Assembly: GCA_963754315.1 (NCBI GenBank)
Contig: CAVWFS010000001.1
Coordinates: forward strand, 1-64,000
Source of the DNA: an uncultured Candidatus Rokubacteria bacterium
Lineage (GTDB): Bacteria; Methylomirabilota; Methylomirabilia; Rokubacteriales; CSP1-6
DNA: 64,000 nt
Direction: 5' to 3'
Within the stretch, counting starts at the first letter, position 1, and each line of letters starts with the position of its first letter. The notes below the pieces were generated by a model. It was given only the letters and a program-made list of their open reading frames with translations, was not told the DNA's origin and ran no database searches. The position numbers and the translations under genes were made by a program. Positions 1-10,615 of this stretch are shown here, piece after piece.

Positions 1-1722
1 TTCGGGGCGCGATTCTTCGGGCGCGGCGTCGGTCTCGTGAGCGCCGCCCTGTTTGCGACCGCTCCGCTTGCCGTCGTGAGCGGTCGAGGTCTGTGGAATC
101 TTGCTCCGATGCCACTCTTTGCGCTGGCCCTGATGTACTGTCTCGCGCTGGTGGTGATCGAGCGGCGATCGGCCATGATCGTCCCCGCCATGGTCATCCT
201 GGCCGGTATCGTTCAACTCCATTTCTCGGGGGTGGCGTTTCTGGCGGTCTTCGCGCTGTCCCTCGGTGTCTATAGACCCTCCGTCCGCTTGGGGCATGTC
301 GCCTTGGGGACGGCTGGGTTCGTCCTACTCCTGCTTCCCTACGTGGTGGCGCAAGCGCTCGACGGATGGCGTGACGCGCGGGCGATGCTCACGCTCTCGC
401 ACACCTCGCTCAGTGTCCTGCGCCTCCATGACATCTGGCCATCCCTCCGGCCAGCATTTTTTGCCTCTGCCGATCTGAGTCAGTGGCTGGACCACGCCTT
501 CGGAGGATCTCGTCTGGGACGCATCGGTACCCTTCTCCAGCGGACCGAGGGCTACCTGCTGCTGGTCGGCGCGGGATACGTGGGCGCTCGTGCTCTCCTC
601 GCGGGCGCAGGTCAGCCGTCATCATCGGCAGCGGGTGATTCCAAACGGAGGGGCTACGGTCTCTTGGCGCTCTGGATCTGGACACCGATCGTCCTCCTTC
701 TCTTCAAGAGGGGCTTGCGACCCTGGTACTACCGCGATGTCCTGTATCCGGCTCCGTTCCTGGCGGGCGCCATCCTCCTCAGAGACCTCCTCACATATCT
801 GGCCCCGCGGCTTCGGCTTGGCACCCTGACGCCCGTGCCAGTGATCGCCGGCGTCGGAGTTCTGCTGGTGGCGGTGGCCGACATCGGTTTGCTCGGGCAC
901 CTGCGGACCCTCAGCATGACGTTAGGAGCCATGCCGATTCCTGCGGCCATGATTTCGGGGACAGGCGTCGAATCCTCGGGCTCCCTCGCCCTGATGCCGA
1001 TGCGATACAAGGAGCGTATTGTCCGGTCCATCGTGGAACGGACTCCCTTCACGCCAACAGCCTTCTACCGACATGTGCACGGCCAGCCCTTCGACGGCAT
1101 CATGGAAGACGGCGGATTCTTCTTCGAAGCAATCGCGTCCACGCGGAGCGCGCGCCCCGTCGCTTCTGCCGGACCGGCTCCGCACTACGCCGTCATGGAT
1201 CCCCGGCTCGCGCGTCGGATCGGGGCCGTCTCGCCCCTGCGTCGGGTCGGTCCATTCACCATCCTCGAATATCGACCCCTCATCGACTATCACTCGTGGG
1301 CCTATGCTCCGGCGCCTAACGCGGGGACTGTTCCGGACGATGACTGGGTGCCAGTCAACATCCCCACCCGGAGCATCCCCAGCCCTCAGAGGTACCCTTA
1401 CCCCAAGTCATTCGCATGGCGGCAAACTCCTCTGTTGCTTCGTGGCGTGGTCGAAGTAAATCGAACCCCGTCCGCCTTTCGTCTCGTGGTGGCCCTGCGC
1501 TGGAGCAACGAGAGCGCGGGCCACCGCGTGGACGAGTGTCGAGTGAACGATGCGCTCGCCCCCAACGAGGGCGCCTTCGACTCTGCGACCCTGAGCGGAG
1601 TGACATTGGAGACAGTCTTCAACCTGACCGGCTACCTTCAGCAGGGACGGAACGTTGTGACCTGCCGCATTTCCGGAGGCGACCGCCTGTTCGATGTTGA
1701 TGTGTATGAGCTGTCTCACTGA
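1..1722 (+). CDS. Polytopic membrane protein, GT-C/ArnT-PMT-like glycosyltransferase (5'-truncated by window)
   Basis: Frame is open from base 1; many hydrophobic segments then a soluble C-terminal domain; next to a GT2 gene. Confidence 0.55.
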   Translation, partial: FGARFFGRGVGLVSAALFATAPLAVVSGRGLWNLAPMPLFALALMYCLALVVIERRSAMIVPAMVILAGIVQLHFSGVAFLAVFALSLGVYRPSVRLGHVALGTAGFVLLLLPYVVAQALDGWRDARAMLTLSHTSLSVLRLHDIWPSLRPAFFASADLSQWLDHAFGGSRLGRIGTLLQRTEGYLLLVGAGYVGARALLAGAGQPSSSAAGDSKRRGYGLLALWIWTPIVLLLFKRGLRPWYYRDVLYPAPFLAGAILLRDLLTYLAPRLRLGTLTPVPVIAGVGVLLVAVADIGLLGHLRTLSMTLGAMPIPAAMISGTGVESSGSLALMPMRYKERIVRSIVERTPFTPTAFYRHVHGQPFDGIMEDGGFFFEAIASTRSARPVASAGPAPHYAVMDPRLARRIGAVSPLRRVGPFTILEYRPLIDYHSWAYAPAPNAGTVPDDDWVPVNIPTRSIPSPQRYPYPKSFAWRQTPLLLRGVVEVNRTPSAFRLVVALRWSNESAGHRVDECRVNDALAPNEGAFDSATLSGVTLETVFNLTGYLQQGRNVVTCRISGGDRLFDVDVYELSH

Positions 1723-2461
1723 GCCTCGCCCGGAGGGCAGGGCAGACGCTCCGGACATCTCGGTGGTCATCCTGTGCTATCAGGCCCAGGACCTCGTGCC
1801 CGCCTTCGTGCGACGCATGCGGGAAGTCCTCCAGCGAAAGGGTCTCTCCTACGGGCTGGTGCTTGTCGCCAACTACCATCCCGATCGCCTTCCCCCAGAC
1901 CGCACGCCGGACATCGTGCGCCAGCTTGCCCGAGACGATCCGACGGTAGCCGTCGTGGCCCGTCCTAAGGAGGGCATGATGGGATGGGATCTCCGGAGTG
2001 GACTGGCGGTGGCGACGGGGAGAACGGTGGCGGTCATCGACGGTGACGGTCAAATGCCTCCGGACGATGTCGTGGCCGTGTACGAGTACCTCAGACAGGG
2101 AGGGTACGACCTCGTCCAGACCTTTCGCACGGTGCGCCACGATGGCGCGTGGCGACGCCTGGTGTCGTGCGTCTACAACATCGCTCTGCGAGGCCTGTTC
2201 CCGCGCGTAAGGGTGCGCGATGCGAACAGCAAGCCCAAGATCTTGACCAGCGAGGCGTTGGCCAAGCTGTCGCTGGACTCCGATGGCTGGTTCATCGACG
2301 CGGAGATCGTCATCCAGGCCACGCGGCTCGGATTCAAGATCGGCGAGGTTCCCACCGTGTTCTTTGCGAACGAGCATCGTCGTTCGTTCATCACGCCGTG
2401 GGCGATCTTCGTGTTCGCCGGCCACCTGCTGCTCTACCGCGTGAGAACCCTGCTGCGCTAG
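1694..2461 (+). CDS. GT2 family glycosyltransferase (polyprenol-phosphate sugar synthase-like)
   Basis: ISVVILCY start, VIDGDGQ DxD motif, FIDAEIVIQA..GFKIGEVP; start may be 1700 or 1706. Confidence 0.85.
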   Translation: MLMCMSCLTEPRPEGRADAPDISVVILCYQAQDLVPAFVRRMREVLQRKGLSYGLVLVANYHPDRLPPDRTPDIVRQLARDDPTVAVVARPKEGMMGWDLRSGLAVATGRTVAVIDGDGQMPPDDVVAVYEYLRQGGYDLVQTFRTVRHDGAWRRLVSCVYNIALRGLFPRVRVRDANSKPKILTSEALAKLSLDSDGWFIDAEIVIQATRLGFKIGEVPTVFFANEHRRSFITPWAIFVFAGHLLLYRVRTLLR

Positions 2462-2474
2462 CGATTCTGCTGGA

Positions 2475-3314
2475 TCAGCGGTGCGCGGGAGGCCGCGGCG
2501 TGGACCACATGGAAGCGAGGCGTACCCCCCACGCGACGAGGCGCGGGGCATGCCGCTGCAGGAGAACGGCCAGCCGGCCATGCCTGGTGACCACGATTTC
2601 GGGGCGCCGGCGCGCCACGGCGTCGACGATCTGGCGCGCAGCCCGGCTCGTGGGCATGACCAGACGGGGCGGGACCCGGCGGGGTGTTCCCGGCTGCCGG
2701 ACGCCTTGGTTGTCGATCTCGTAGATCTCTGACTCCACAAATCCCGGACAGACGAGCGACACGCCAATCTGGTAGGCGGCCAGCTCCTCACGGAGAGCCC
2801 CGGCCAGCGCTCGAACGGCAAACTTGCTCATCGCGTAGGCCGAATCCTCCGGGAGCGCGAGATAGCTGCCGACACTTCCCATGAGGACAAGACATCCGCG
2901 GGTCCGCTTGAGCTCCTCGAGACCGGCCACCACGGTGCGGAGAACGCCCATGACATTCGTCTCGAACTGACGCCGATAGTCTGCGATAGCCAGAGTGTCG
3001 AGACGGCCACGGACGGCAAAGCCGGCATTGGCGACCACGATGTCGATGCGACCGAACGCCAGCCGGGTCGCGTTCACGCTGCGCTCGAGGTCTCCCTCGC
3101 GCGTCACGTCGCACACGAGCCCCAACGCATTGCCATGGGCTTCCCCGAGCTCAGCCGCCAACATGCGGAGCCGGTCTGCCCGTCTAGCGGCGAGCGCGAC
3201 CCTGGCCCCGCGAGCGCTGAATTCCCGAGCGAGGGCGGCTCCGATGCCTGAGGATCCCCCCGTGATGAGGACGACCCGTCCGGCCAGTGGCCGCTGGGTG
3301 GCTATCGAGGTCAA
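2475..3314 (-). CDS. Short-chain dehydrogenase/reductase
   Basis: TGGSSGIG, NAG and YAMSK motifs; TTG start overlaps the upstream TGA. Confidence 0.9.
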   Translation of the reverse strand: MTSIATQRPLAGRVVLITGGSSGIGAALAREFSARGARVALAARRADRLRMLAAELGEAHGNALGLVCDVTREGDLERSVNATRLAFGRIDIVVANAGFAVRGRLDTLAIADYRRQFETNVMGVLRTVVAGLEELKRTRGCLVLMGSVGSYLALPEDSAYAMSKFAVRALAGALREELAAYQIGVSLVCPGFVESEIYEIDNQGVRQPGTPRRVPPRLVMPTSRAARQIVDAVARRRPEIVVTRHGRLAVLLQRHAPRLVAWGVRLASMWSTPRPPAHR

Positions 3315-4890
3315 CGGTCTTGCTTTCGCAAGACGCGCAGCAGATCCTCGGGAGTGATCCGGTACACCAGATACGCATGTCCTACGTGGTCGACAGGCTC
3401 GAAGTGCCGGAGCCAACGATAGTCATAGCCCCAACGCTCGGCCAATCCGGTCACCCCCAGGACAGCCACGACCACCGTGCCTGCGACAGGCTGCCGCGGG
3501 TTGACGACTGCCTCCGGATGAGCCTCGAGATAGCGAGCCAGATACCATTCACTCTGGTGCCAGTCAATGTTTGAGTCTGACAGCACCTTGTAAGCCTGTC
3601 GGCGGTCGAGGATCAGCTCGTTGAAGTAGGCGAGCTCGTGCGGAAAGTACGAGAGGACAGATACGGCCTGCCATGCGAGCAGTGCTCCGACCCCCAGGTA
3701 TCGCCAGCGCGGCCGTGCGGCAGGGGCTTCGAGAAGGCTAGCCGTGAAGACATGCATCAAGGGGAACGCGAGGAGGATGTGACGCAAACCGATCTGGGCC
3801 CGGTTGAACACACTAAAATAGATCCATACCAGAAGCACCGGCCCCAGCAGAAAGAGCTCGCGTTCCCGGAACCTGCTCATTCGCCAGCGGCGTAGAGACA
3901 CGACAAGGGCCGCCACGAACATGATCTGCACGGCGAGCGGAACCTTGAACAGATAGGCGACGAGATAATAAGAAAGGAAGCCACGCCCCTCGCGTATGTG
4001 GCCGAGCAGGTAGTTGGGGGCGAGGCCTTCGCCTGTGCGCCCTCGCGCCAGCACCCAGTCCAATCCCTCCAGATATGGGTACGGCACGGGGAGGGGCAGT
4101 CGGGCCAACCACGCCGGCGCGTCGGCCTGCAGGCCGCGAAATAGCTCGGAGCGGAACGAGTAGCCGATGAGCGGCGTGAGGGTGCCGTTGAACAGGAAGG
4201 CAACGTTGATGACGCCCAGACTCACGAGAGCGAACATGGCGGTCCACTTGGCCGTGTTGCCGGCGGCGGCGCGAGGCCGCCGCCGGGCCGGCGGCGGGCG
4301 AGGTCCACCAGAGTGGGCGCCCAATAGACGAGGGCGAGGACCGCCAGCACCGGATAGAGGAGAACGCAGAAGTACTTTGCCACCTGGCTGGCGGCGAGGG
4401 CGACCGCGGTGATCATGCCAGTGCGCCAGCCCGGCTCTCGGCAGAAGTGCCAGAACGCGTAGCAGGTCGCGGTGACGGCGAAGGCCGCGTAGAGGTCCGT
4501 GGTGATGAGCCGCGAATGGGCGATCACGTTCGGGTCAAGCACGTAGAGGGCGAGCGCAAAGAGGCCGGCCTCCACGCCATACAGCTCGCGCGCCCAGCGG
4601 AAGACGAGAAACGCGAGCAGGGCCGCCGCCGCGATGGTGACCCACCTGGCGGCGGTCGGCGAGGCAAGGAGATCCGACAGAGGGCCCGGCGCCAGCCGGA
4701 GCGCGATCTTTCCCGGCATGGCGTTGGCTGCGCTCACCGGCATCTTGCTGTCGTCGAAGCGGTCGGAGTTGCCTGCGAGGATGTTATCGCCGTAGCGCAA
4801 GTGATGCGGCTCGTCCCAGGTGAGCGAGAGATGACGCAGACCGAGGATGGCCAGGGTCAGGAAGACCAGCACGAGGAGCGCCACGATCAC
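3311..4890 (-). pseudogene. GT39/ArnT-like membrane glycosyltransferase, frameshifted near 4260-4290
   Basis: N-half (LTWDEPHH, DPNVIAHSRLITTD) and C-half (QIGLRH, LSDSNIDW) lie in different frames joined at a G/C-only stretch; start uncertain. Confidence 0.7.
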
Positions 4891-4933
4891 GCCCGGGTGG
4901 CGGCCGGGGGTCGCCGTGAATGCGGCGATCCGA

Positions 4934-5287
4934 TCAAGCCCGAGGGTGACGAATGACCTGCAGGCTCTCGTCGGTAATGGGCTTGGCAATGATGAAGTCG
5001 ACGACCGAGCTCTCGCCGGGGCCAGAGGGTCCCGCGCTGCCATACCCGGTGATCAGGCCCACTCTCAACGACGGGTACAGCCGTCGTACCTCGCGGGCCA
5101 GGCTCCATCCGTTCATGCGGGGCATGCCCACGTCGGCCAGGACCAGCTCGATGTCTCCGTCGGCCGCCAGCACCGCGAGCCCGTCGGGCCCGTTCTCGGC
5201 CTGCACCACCGCGTGCCCTTCCAGTTCAAGCAATTCCGCCACGATGGCGCGCACGCTCGGCTCGTCGTCGACCAGCAGGATCCTCAT
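4934..5287 (-). CDS. Single-domain response regulator (receiver)
   Basis: MRILLVDDE...LADVGMPRMNG...ITGY...AKP. Confidence 0.9.
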   Translation of the reverse strand: MRILLVDDEPSVRAIVAELLELEGHAVVQAENGPDGLAVLAADGDIELVLADVGMPRMNGWSLAREVRRLYPSLRVGLITGYGSAGPSGPGESSVVDFIIAKPITDESLQVIRHPRA

Positions 5288-5382
5288 CCACTGGAATTGT
5301 ACCGCGCTCCGTCCGATTTGCCGCGATGCGCTAGAATAGACAGATGTGTGCCGCTTCCCATCACGTCGAGACAGGAGCACCC

Positions 5383-6297
5383 ATGTTCGAATCGGTCGAG
5401 GATGTCCAGAACCAGTTCCGGCAGGCCCAGTACATCGCCAGCCGCCGGATCTCCACGGTCGTGTATCTGGCGGCCCGCATGGGCCGTCCCGTTCTTATCG
5501 AAGGCCCGGCCGGCGTCGGCAAGACGGAGCTGGCCAAGACCCTGTCGGACATGACCAGGCGCAAGCTCATTCGCTTGCAGTGCTACGAGGGCCTGGACGA
5601 GGGTAAAGCCCTCTACGAGTGGAAGTACGCCAAGCAGCTCCTCTATACGCAGCTCCTGCGCGAGCGGATCGGAGAATTGATCGCCGATGCTCCCTCGCTG
5701 CCCGACGCGGTCGCCAAGATCGCGGGCCAGGAGGATGCGTTCTTCTCCTTCCGCTTTCTGTCACCCCGCCCGCTGCTGTCGGCCATCCTGGCCGACGATC
5801 CGGTGGTCCTCCTCATCGACGAGATCGATAAGGCCGAGCCCGAGTTCGAGGCCTTCCTGCTCGAGGTGTTGTCGGACTTTCAGGTTTCGGTGCCGGAGCT
5901 GGGGACCTTGCGTGCCAAGCATGTCCCCCTCGTGGTGCTCACCTCGAACAATGCGCGGGAACTGTCGGATGGTCTCAAGCGACGCTGCCTGCACCTCTTC
6001 ATCGATTTCCCGCCGCCGGCCGAGGAACTGGAGATCATCCGGTTGAAGGTTCCAGAAATTCCCCAGCACCTCGGGCAGGCGGTGGTGGCGGCCGTTCAGA
6101 AGATCCGCGCCATGGATCTCCGCAAGCTTCCCTCCGTGTCGGAGTCGCTCGACTGGGCCCGGTCCCTCGTCATCCTCAACGCCCGGGCGCTGGATCCGGC
6201 GCTGGTGGAGTCAACCCTCACCATGCTGGTCAAGCACGAAAAGGACCTGGAGCGGGTCCGCGGCTCGCTCGACAAGATCCTCAGCGACGCGCACTAG
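5383..6297 (+). CDS. MoxR-family AAA+ ATPase (CoxD-like)
   Basis: GPAGVGKT Walker A, RLQCYEGLD, LLIDEIDK, LSDGLKRRC; AGGAG RBS. Confidence 0.9.
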   Translation: MFESVEDVQNQFRQAQYIASRRISTVVYLAARMGRPVLIEGPAGVGKTELAKTLSDMTRRKLIRLQCYEGLDEGKALYEWKYAKQLLYTQLLRERIGELIADAPSLPDAVAKIAGQEDAFFSFRFLSPRPLLSAILADDPVVLLIDEIDKAEPEFEAFLLEVLSDFQVSVPELGTLRAKHVPLVVLTSNNARELSDGLKRRCLHLFIDFPPPAEELEIIRLKVPEIPQHLGQAVVAAVQKIRAMDLRKLPSVSESLDWARSLVILNARALDPALVESTLTMLVKHEKDLERVRGSLDKILSDAH

Positions 6298-6301
6298 GTC
6301 C

Positions 6302-7711
6302 ATGGACGAACGGATCCTCGAATTCATCGGCGACCTGCGCCGGGCCGAGCTCCGGATCTCGCCGTCGGAGGCGCTGGACGCTCTGACTGCCACCGCCGAG
6401 GTCGGGCTGGGTTCGCGGGACGTGTTCAAGTCGGCTCTGGCCACCACCCTCGTCAAGGAAACGCGAGACCTGCCCACCTTCGAGCGGATCTTCAACCTGT
6501 ACTTTCTCGACCTGCAAGCTCTCGGCGAGGGCCTGAAAAAGGCTCTCGGTCCTGGGGATCCGCGTCTACAAGAGATGCTGGATCAGGCCTTGAGTGAGCA
6601 CGATCTCTCCCTTGATGACCTGACCGAGCTGATGCTGCGCGGCGAAGGAAGCGAAATGGAGATGGCGATCCGGGCCGGCGGTGAGCAGGCGGGCCTGGAG
6701 CGGCTGATGTATTTCCTGCAGGTCGGCCACTTCTCGCGCCGTATCGCCGATAACTTCGACTGGTCGGCGGTCGAGCGCGACCTCGAGCGCATCATGCAGA
6801 TGCTCGAGGCACGCGGCCTCGATCCGGGAGCCCTCGCCCGCCTTCGCAATCATCTTGAATTGCGGCTGGAGGCCTTCCGCCGCATGATCCGCCAGCACGT
6901 CCAGCGTGAGCTGGAGCGACGCGCATACCGCCAAGGGGAAAAGCTGACGCGTGAGGTGCTCTCCGAGAAGCCGCTCTTCGCCCTCACTCCGGATGAGGTC
7001 GCCCAGATGCGAACGGTGGTGGCGCGGCTGGCCCGGAGGATCAAGGATGCCCTGGCGCTGCGCCAACGGCAGGAGCAGCGAGGACGCCTCGACACCCGAC
7101 GTACCATCCGCCGCAGCCTGCAGTACGGAGGCATCCCGATGGAGATCAAGCTCCGGCGCCGACATCGCGAAAAGCCGAAGCTGGTCACCGTCTGCGACGT
7201 CTCCGACTCCGTCCGCAACGCCTCGCGCTTCATGCTGCAGCTGGTGTGGAACCTGCAGGAGTGCTTCAGTCGGGTGCGTTCCTATGCCTTCGTGTCGGAG
7301 ATCGCCGAGGTGACTCAGGCCTTCAGCACCTTTCCAGTCGAGCGCGCCATCGAATGGGCCCTCAAGGGGGCCCCCATCGATTATCACTGCCGCTCCGACT
7401 TTGGCTATGCCTTCAGTCGCTTTGTCCGAACGGACTTGGATTCCCTCGATCGCAAGACAACCATTCTCATCTTGGGCGACGCCCGCAACAACTACAACGA
7501 TCCCCAGGCGTGGGCCCTTCGCCTGATTCGCGAGCGCGTGAAGGGGATCATCTGGCTCAACCCGGAGGGGCAGTGGGGATGGGGGGTGGGCGACAGCGTG
7601 ATGCCGCTCTACGCCCCGGCCTGCGACATCGTACGGGAATGCCGGACGATCGGCCAGCTGGGCGAGGTGGTGGACAACCTCGTTCACCACTGGTGGCGCC
7701 GGGGCCGCTGA
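6302..7711 (+). CDS. VWA-domain protein (CoxE-like), partner of the MoxR ATPase
   Basis: CDVSDS MIDAS-like motif, ILGDARNN, WLNPE. Confidence 0.85.
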   Translation: MDERILEFIGDLRRAELRISPSEALDALTATAEVGLGSRDVFKSALATTLVKETRDLPTFERIFNLYFLDLQALGEGLKKALGPGDPRLQEMLDQALSEHDLSLDDLTELMLRGEGSEMEMAIRAGGEQAGLERLMYFLQVGHFSRRIADNFDWSAVERDLERIMQMLEARGLDPGALARLRNHLELRLEAFRRMIRQHVQRELERRAYRQGEKLTREVLSEKPLFALTPDEVAQMRTVVARLARRIKDALALRQRQEQRGRLDTRRTIRRSLQYGGIPMEIKLRRRHREKPKLVTVCDVSDSVRNASRFMLQLVWNLQECFSRVRSYAFVSEIAEVTQAFSTFPVERAIEWALKGAPIDYHCRSDFGYAFSRFVRTDLDSLDRKTTILILGDARNNYNDPQAWALRLIRERVKGIIWLNPEGQWGWGVGDSVMPLYAPACDIVRECRTIGQLGEVVDNLVHHWWRRGR

Positions 7712-7734
7712 CGCTCGGGCCGACCGAGGGGGCC

Positions 7735-8833
7735 TTACGAGCGCGAACGCTTTGTCGCCCCTGGGGCCGAGTGGGCAGCCTCCGCGCCCGCTCCCTCCAG
7801 GGAGGTGAGGCGACGTTCGAGGTCGCGCACGCGCTGGCGCAGCTCGGGGAGTTGGCGCCAGGCTCCATACACCCGGAGGGCTTCGTGATGGGGCAGGGCC
7901 GGGGTCCCACTCATTCGCTCACCGGCCGCCACGTCGTGGACGATTCCGGCCGTGGCCGCGATCATGGCTCCGTCACCGACGCGGATGTGATCGGCGACCC
8001 CGACCTGCCCACCCATCACAACATGGTTGCCGACCGTCGCGCTGCCGGCGATGCCCACCTGGGCCACCAAGATGGTGTGTTCGCCGATGCTGACGTTGTG
8101 GGCGACGTGAACCTGATTGTCAATCTTCGAGCCCCGCCCGATCACCGTCCGACCGTAGGTGGCGCGGTCGACCGTCACGTTGGCCCCCAGCTCGACGTCA
8201 TCCTCGATGAGCACCTCGCCTCGTTGGGGAATTTTGTGATGTCGCCCCTCGTGCTGCACATACCCGAAGCCGTCGCCCCCGATCACCGTGCCGCTCCCGA
8301 TGATCACCCTGGCCCCGATTCGGCAGCGCGCCAGGATGGTCACGTTCGGGTACACGACTGCGTCGTCGCCCAGCGTGCAATCGTCGCCGATGAACACCCC
8401 GGGATAAAGGGTTACCCGCGCTCCCAGACGAACACGATCCCCCAAGGTGACGAAGGGCCAGATGGATGGCGCGGCGCCGATGACCACCGAGCGTCCGCGC
8501 ACGATCGGCTTCCCGATCCCCCGCGCGCGGTATGGCGTCGGTGAAGAAGCGCTGTACGACCAGAACCGCCGCATAGGCAGGATTGGCGACGGTGATCTGG
8601 GGACGCGGGAAATCGGACAGAGGATGGTTGACCAGGAGGGCCCCCGCCCGCGAGCGGCGGGCCGAAGCGAGGAACCGGGGGTCCCCGACGTAGGCGAGGT
8701 CGTGGGGACCAGCGTCCTCGAGACTTTTCAGGTCGGCGATGGTGATCGACCGCGTGCCCGAGAGCACACCGTCGACAGCTCGGGCAATGTCCTCGATCCT
8801 GACTCCTCGGGAAGCCTGTCGGCGGCCCCGCAT
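7735..8833 (-). pseudogene. lpxD: LpxD-like UDP-3-O-acylglucosamine N-acyltransferase, frameshifted near 8540
   Basis: N-domain ([12 protein letters not shown]...NPAYA...QRFFT) and hexapeptide domain ([28 protein letters not shown]) are offset by one base. Confidence 0.8.
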
Positions 8834-8849
8834 CGCTTCCCGAGCCACC

Positions 8850-9233
8850 TCAGGCGCGGGAGCGCTTGGCAGCGGGCTTGGTCGTGCGGGTCTTCTCGCT
8901 CTTGCCCTTGGTGGGGACCACCGCCTGCGCGGAGGGTGGCGGCGGCGCGGGCTTCTCGGCGACGACAGCGGGTGGTGAGACGGGGCTCCCGCCCAGACGG
9001 GTCTCCAGGTAGGCGACGAGGTCACCCACCGTGCGAAGCTTCTGCAGATCTGGATCGGGGATCTCGATGTCGAATTCCTCTTCGACCTTGAACATCAGCT
9101 CGATGGCGTCCAGCGAATTCAGTCCCAGATCCTCGCGCAGGGTTTGCTGGAGGGTAATTGTCTGCGGATCGCGCTTGAGCTCACGGGCGAGCGCACTGCG
9201 GATCTTCTCGGCGATGGCTGTCGATGATGTCAT
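8850..9233 (-). CDS. Acyl carrier protein with Pro/Lys-rich C-terminal tail
   Basis: DLGLNSLDAIELMFKVEEEFDIEI phosphopantetheine-site motif. Confidence 0.9.
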   Translation of the reverse strand: MTSSTAIAEKIRSALARELKRDPQTITLQQTLREDLGLNSLDAIELMFKVEEEFDIEIPDPDLQKLRTVGDLVAYLETRLGGSPVSPPAVVAEKPAPPPPSAQAVVPTKGKSEKTRTTKPAAKRSRA

Positions 9234-9264
9234 GCCGTCATCCTCGCGCCGAGAGCAGGCTGGC

Positions 9265-10515
9265 TCACAGCGCCTTCAGGACCAGGGTCGCATTGTTGCT
9301 GCCGAACCCGAAGGCATTCAGCAGCGCCACCTTGAGCGGCCGCTCCTGGGCCTGGCGGGAGATGCCCGGCAGCGCGCACTCCGGATCGGGATCGTCGTAG
9401 TTGACCGTCGGATGGACTTGACCGGTCGTGAGGGACAAGACGCAGGTTACCGCTCCGATGGCGCCGGCCGCCCCCAGCGTATGACCGAGTAGCGACTTGG
9501 TGGCGTTCACGAGCACGTGGTTCGCGCGGCGCTTCAGCACTCGTCGGATCGCCCGGACCTCCACCGGATCGCCGACGGGGGTGGCGGTGGCATGCGCGTT
9601 GATGTAGTCGACGACTGACGGAGCGAGCCCGGCATCTTCCAGGGCCAGCTCCATAGTGCGGGCTGACTCACGCCCGTCTTCTTGCGGGATCACCATGTGG
9701 TAGGCCTCGCTGGTGGCCCCGTACCCCGCCACCTCGGCGTACATCCGGGCTTTGCGCTTCCGCGCGTGTGGCAACGTCTCCAGGATGAGGGCGGCCGCCC
9801 CCTCGCCCATGACGAAGCCATCACGAGCACGGTCGAACGGGCGGGAGGCTCGCTCGGGTGTGTCATTGAACGAGGTTGACAGCGCTCGAAGGGAAGTGAA
9901 GCCGCCCAGAGAGAGCGGTGTGATGCTGGCCTCGGTGCCGATGACGATCATCGCGTCGGCCTGTCCCCCTCGCAAGAACGACAAGGACAGGCCGATAGCG
10001 TGGGCACTCGAGGAGCACGCCGTGGAGACGGTGAGGTTGGGTCCCTTTGCCCCGTGCGCGAGCGCCACCAGACCGGACGAAGAGTTGAGCGTGATGGTGG
10101 GGATGAAGTTCGGATGCACCCGGTCCGGACGCTGGCTTTCGTAGAGCTTCGTCAACTCGCGCTCGCCCATGATCATGGCGCCCATGCCGGCGCCGACCAC
10201 GACACCGACTCGGTGAGCGGGCTCTCTGTCCATCCGGAAGTCCGCGTCGCGCAGGGCCTGCTGGCCGGCTACCAGGGCGAACTGGGCATGCCGGTCGAGG
10301 CGGTCGGCCATCTCGGGATCGAGATGCTCGCTCGGCGTGAAGTCTCGGATGCGCCCGCCCACGCGGGACCGAAAACGCTCGGCGGGGAAGCCCTCCACTT
10401 CGGTCAGAGCACTGATCCCGGAGCGTCCCGTCATCGCGGCTTTCCAAAACGCATCGACCCCGATTCCGATCGGGGAAATGACTCCGAGACCCGTCACGAC
10501 GACTCGCGTCTTAAT
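9265..10515 (-). CDS. fabF: Beta-ketoacyl-ACP synthase II
   Basis: TACSSS, NAHATAT, KSLLGH, NAFGFG; conserved KTRVVVTG begins at an ATT codon (10515), first canonical start is GTG 10497. Confidence 0.9.
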   Translation of the reverse strand: MKTRVVVTGLGVISPIGIGVDAFWKAAMTGRSGISALTEVEGFPAERFRSRVGGRIRDFTPSEHLDPEMADRLDRHAQFALVAGQQALRDADFRMDREPAHRVGVVVGAGMGAMIMGERELTKLYESQRPDRVHPNFIPTITLNSSSGLVALAHGAKGPNLTVSTACSSSAHAIGLSLSFLRGGQADAMIVIGTEASITPLSLGGFTSLRALSTSFNDTPERASRPFDRARDGFVMGEGAAALILETLPHARKRKARMYAEVAGYGATSEAYHMVIPQEDGRESARTMELALEDAGLAPSVVDYINAHATATPVGDPVEVRAIRRVLKRRANHVLVNATKSLLGHTLGAAGAIGAVTCVLSLTTGQVHPTVNYDDPDPECALPGISRQAQERPLKVALLNAFGFGSNNATLVLKAL

Positions 10516-10553
10516 GGTGGTGGCCGGAACAGCGGGCGAATGACTGCTGATTC

Positions 10554-10581
10554 ATTATCCACACGGCGAGAGGGCAGTCAA
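10554..10581 (-). promoter_or_regulatory. Putative sigma70 promoter for fabF-acp-lpxD
   Basis: TTGACT-16 bp-GATAAT on the minus strand. Confidence 0.45.
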
Positions 10582-10615
10582 ACCTCTTGCCTGCTTCCGC
10601 GAGGGCTTGTCTGCT

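Noticed and set aside
5383..7711. Carbon monoxide dehydrogenase (cox) cluster
   Set aside because: Only the generic MoxR/VWA pair is present; no coxLMS genes
10511..10555. Leader peptide MNQQSFARCSGHHH upstream of fabF
   Set aside because: Its ATG lies within the predicted -10 element, so it would not be transcribed from that promoter
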